Source: Takakia lepidozioides (Eukaryota; Plantae; Bryophyta). From it: a stretch of 64,000 nt of DNA. Made by a program: the position numbers and the translations under genes. Every line of letters starts with the position of its first letter. The stretch's first letter is position 1. The stretch is from NCBI GenBank assembly GCA_030704615.1, contig CM060733.1, forward strand, positions 50,096,001 through 50,160,000. Reading direction: 5' to 3'. The notes below the pieces were generated by a model. It ran no database searches and was not told the DNA's origin. It saw nothing but the letters and a program-made list of their open reading frames with translations. Positions 59,787 to 64,000 of the stretch are shown in pieces.

Positions 59787-62700
59787 TCAAGCAGTCCGAC
59801 CAGTATCCTGCCGTAGGGCCTTGTGCAGCTCGTTGAAACTCAGTGTTGGAGCATGGATGAAGACGTCCACTGCGGATATGCAACTCATGCGCTTCATAAA
59901 AATGTAATAAAGGTGTTTGCAGGGGACGTATGCTGCATTCTTCGATTCCATAACAAGGAAGTCCTCACAGTTGCAAGCTGGGTACTGTGAAACCGTGATT
60001 GCATACACGACACTGCGCGCAGCAGACCCGGCTGTTGACAACTGAAATATGCGCCCCATCCCGGGGTGAGGAACATCCCTGCAACCTTGCACTATGCAGG
60101 GCATTGCAAGAGCGTTGGCCATCCTGGTGTCGTTCGCCTTTGTTGGTGGCCGCCGTCTTTTCAGTTTACCCCACCGATGGGTGGGCCAAGCTGCGGGGTC
60201 ACCCACCGGTATGCGGGGCGAAGAGCTTCTCGTGGGAGGAGGATGACGATTGGGAATTGGATTTCGTGGAACGTCTGTCCTCTCCACCAGTCGAAACCCT
60301 GCACTTCCTAGAGCGTCTGCCTCCTCCAGGGTAAGATCTGTACCACTTGCCACAGGCCAGACTGCCGGTGGTTCAGGCATGCCTTGTACACCATACTTGG
60401 GCTTGCCGAACACACACGACATGATGTCGTGCCTGCAGAACCAAAACTCCTTCAGTGTGGCCTCCACAAACTTTGCGCACACAAATCTCCCTGTGAAGCA
60501 AGGGGCAGGCACACCGCCCTGCGGGCTCCTCCGAATCATCTCATTGCATCTCTGGTTGGTGTCGACACGAACAGCACAACATTTGCCACGAAATGTCGGA
60601 CGGGTCCGTGCAATTCTCCACTGCGAGGCCGACACATCTCGCTCCACGATTGGAATGTTGTATTGGGTAACGAAAACAGGAGCAACATGCCCATCCTCGG
60701 CATGTTGTCCCGAGTCTGGCAGCGATTCCATGGATGCTGCAGGAGAGGGGGTACGAGTCCTGCTTCGTGGAGGCGTGGGACGCAACATCGTTGCGCCCCG
60801 AGGTTGAGTGCGGATGTTCATATCTGATCTCCATGAATCCCCATCCCCTCCGGGCATGTCCTCAATTCTTCTCTTCACCGGCCGGCTGCGGACATCGCCC
60901 TCCAGGCAGTTCCCCCGACTGTGTAACGGCGTTGACCTTATAGTTTCCCGCAATGCAGCAGTCCATTTTTTGGGATCGGTCGAACGATGCGCCGCCCTCA
61001 TCAGCATCTCCTGCCTGTCTGGTCCGATACCCCATTGCTTTCCTCCCAGAAACTGGTAGTAATGAGATTGTTGCATGATGGCCCTCACAATATCTTCTGT
61101 TGTTGCTGTCAACATGTCAACGAGATGTGCTGCAGAGGAAGCACGCCAGGAAGAGTGCACCGATTCGGCCATGTTCGTCGTCGGCATATCCGTGTCATCC
61201 TCCAAGCTCATGTCCTGTTGAAGGAAATTAGATATGTCACTGATTGTGGAGAATGTCCAAGCACAAAACAGAACAATTGTCAAGTACAGAAATGTGTTAC
61301 CTGTCTCATGTAGTCTCCAAACTGGCGGAATCTATAATGCCACCACGCAAGCCACGTTTGCAGTTCTGGCTGATCTTTCACATCCACTGCCCCTGAAGAC
61401 ACCCACCAGGCGCGTATGGTTGCAAACTCGGTCTCCGCCTCGTCGATGGAATTCGCATTTTTCCACGCTAGGCACATACTGATATGATCCTGCCGGTGGC
61501 GTGACGCCACGAACCTTTTCGTGTTTTGCGTCAAACTCTGCATGAAGTGGAACCCGCAAGATCTCTCCTTTCCTTCCATTGGAGTCTTTGGGTCGTCCCC
61601 ATATACCCTCCTAACTGCAGCCCAGTTTGCCTGGGCATTGTCAGCCATGAAGCCCCTAAAATCGGGAGGGGGCAACTTGGCTCTCGCCATTTGCTCATTA
61701 ATTCCGCGCCACATATGCAACTCCGAATCTGTGTCTTCTCCCTTCATTTCGCAGATAGCAATGGTCATCAACTTTCTGCAATGTGGGTCGTATACATGTG
61801 CCCCCATTGTCACCCAATCGTGGTTGGTAATTCGCCGGATGTGGTCAAACATGACCCAACAATTTGAGAGGTCTCCACTGGTCATCCGCTTCACCAAATC
61901 GACGCCGCTCCCCGGTCCGCACGTTGACATCTTAAATATGAAGCACCTGTCCGTCTCCGAGCCTTGACCAGGAAAGAAGCTGCCTTGGATGAAGTCGTAG
62001 CCGCATGTGCGTTTCACTTCCAAGATGGAGTGCATGTCTGATCCTCTTCCGATTCGTTTCTTGCAGCTGACAATGTGGTTCCTGACATTGGGGCTGCACA
62101 CATGGGAGACAGCTTCCAGCAGGTCCTTCATGTCCCCCTCGCCCAGCTTCTCTCTTGTGCTTCCGTCCTCCGACATTATTCTGCCAATTGCAATCCTATG
62201 TGCCGATGCGAGCTGTATCTGCTTTGGTTTTGCACCCGGCCTCAACCTCACCTCCTCCTTGATAATATCCTGGGCTTGTTGAAAAGCGACTCTGCAATTG
62301 CCTCTGGCGAGGGGGTGCTCATGCTTTCCGATGTGAATGCATGCTCTGGTGCACGCTGGGCCGACGGTCCCGACGTAGTACTGCTTGGCGTTGCACACTG
62401 CCATGCACGTAGGGGCTGCGTTGCAATGGGCACACTTGAACGTCCCTGCAGGAACTCTACCTTGAGGCCAAAATGGGGTCGACGAATTGCCAATCCAGTC
62501 AGTCTCATTCCTGGTGCCTTTGCTAGTGTAATGGTAACATGTGCTCGAGAAACATTTAAGATGCCCAGCACACAATACATATCTCACTCGAACTCCATCA
62601 CCCAGGTTGGACGATGAAGTTTTGGTGACACACCAAGGGTGGCCGTCATGTTTCCTGTTCATTCCTGCGAGCATGCCGTCTGGGCCTGCGCCTGCCGGCA

Positions 62701-63385
62701 CTGGAGGGAACTCGTAGATAGCATTCCCATCCACAACATCAGGCAAAGTTTCCACAGAATGGATTGGAGTTTTGTCGTAATCAAGCCTAAGAAGGTCACT
62801 GGAGCGGGAACCCGTTGTCTTCATCCTCCGCAATATGTCGATTACTGAGCGGACGGAAGTTGAGTCGGACGGTGTATGCTGAACACTCCTAGTGACGGAC
62901 GACTTCGAAACATACGATGGAAGGACCATACAGTCTTCATCGTCACTGGATAAGTCCTGGACGACTGTTTCCCTGTTTTCCTGGATTTCCCTTTTCACAT
63001 GTTTGGGCTTCTCTGCTTGTGAAGAGGTGCCCACATCCTTCACATCTTGCACGCCAGACCCTCTTGTGGAAGGAGGATCAACCAAGTTCCAGCGTGGGAA
63101 CTCTTTAGGCACGATTTCACCAATGGCACTGTACCGGATGGATTCAGAAGCTGGGAGCCGCCACTCTTTGCCTTTTCCGAAATCTGCATGCAGAATGACG
63201 GCACTTTCCAGAAAATTTCCATAAGCATCCTTCGTCTCCTCTTCCAAAAACACCGTTCCAGGGCGGAGCCCGAACTTCACACACAAGTACTGCTCAGTGA
63301 CAATCGCAAATCCTTGGTCGCAGGGTATTTTAGCTTTCAGAGAATCAGGATGGAAGTACACGTTGACCCAAACACGGGAGTCCAT
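59787..63385 (-). CDS. Mutator-like transposase (GCM-like, DDE, SWIM), divergent paralogue, 1170 aa
   Basis: Exons 63385-61301 and 61214-59787, with the intron at the same position as in 37107-40678 (before DMSLED). Motifs DGHPWC, MFDHIR, FMADNAQAN, CGFHF, NMAESVH and CNCEDF...PCKH are intact. Confidence 0.9.
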
Positions 63386-64000
63386 TTTGAAGACGGGACC
63401 TCTCGGTACGCTCCGCAGCGAAGTCCTGCAATGAGAAGAGTGTGTCCTACCTAATAACACAAATGATTTTCTGGAGGATTCCGTATCCAACATGATGGGT
63501 GATCAGTGCACGTAAAGATGAAGGTGTGTAACGTACGTTAAAAAAACGGACGAAAACAGCAAGTTCACATCGGATATTTGGTGCCTGAATTGTAATGTAC
63601 AACCACTTGGGGTACAATAAATCAGGCCTTCCCATGAATTTCGGCACCGAAATCTGGATGAACATCTCTGTCATGTAACAGCTTTGGAAGCCAAGGGATG
63701 AATTCTGGCAACAGAAATCGTAATTTGTTTACCTCATTAAACTGACCAAGCACCCAACGGATGGATTTCGGTGCCGAAATTCGGATGAACTTCTTCTTCA
63801 TTAAATTGTATCTGCACATATGGGTTGAATTTAGATGCCAAAATACGGATAAATGTGTTCCTGATTACAGTCGTGATTGACCACGTGTCCGGATATCGGT
63901 GCCGACTTCCGAATGACAGTAATCCTGATTCGGCAGAATGGATGTATTTCGGCGCCGAAATTCATTCTTCATCTCCTTTTCCGACCCTAATTCTGCTGCC

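Larger units (their letters stand above)
57952..64000 (-). mobile_element. Second Mutator-like element (runs off the right edge)
   Basis: Terminus GGGGGGTTGCTATTCCATGAGC is almost identical to the terminus at 27977. Clustered CATGAGC motifs follow, and an intact transposase lies inside. Confidence 0.85.

Overview
Eukaryotic, transposon-dense DNA. Spliced genes, PLS/E-class PPR fragments and CACTA, Mutator, hAT, Copia, Gypsy and LINE elements point to a land plant, probably a non-seed lineage (inference). Only one clear host gene is present: an intact five-exon, fungal-type Egt1 (EgtD methyltransferase fused to an EgtB sulfoxide synthase) for ergothioneine biosynthesis (19614-23114, minus). 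The most striking object is a complete 13.1-kb Mutator-like element (27977-41097, 9-bp TSD GTTGTAGTC). It carries an intact GCM-like/DDE/SWIM transposase and a divergently transcribed, intact, spliced gene fusing a ParB/Srx-like domain to a beta-class N4C/N6A DNA-methyltransferase domain. Between the two genes lie 27 tandem 116-bp units, each containing a long hairpin. This element sits inside a 28-kb composite CACTA unit (27522-55707, TSD CAT) whose TnpA-like gene contains an FCP1-like phosphatase domain. The window also holds a second divergent Mutator element with an orphan ORF, a degenerate relative of the methyltransferase gene at the left edge, a gene-capturing non-autonomous CACTA, a decayed hAT, an RNase H + restriction-like-endonuclease non-LTR fragment flanked by a 237-bp duplication, SINEs, and Copia/Gypsy remnants. 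Exon models were derived by eye from GT-AG sites and phase continuity. No database searches were run.
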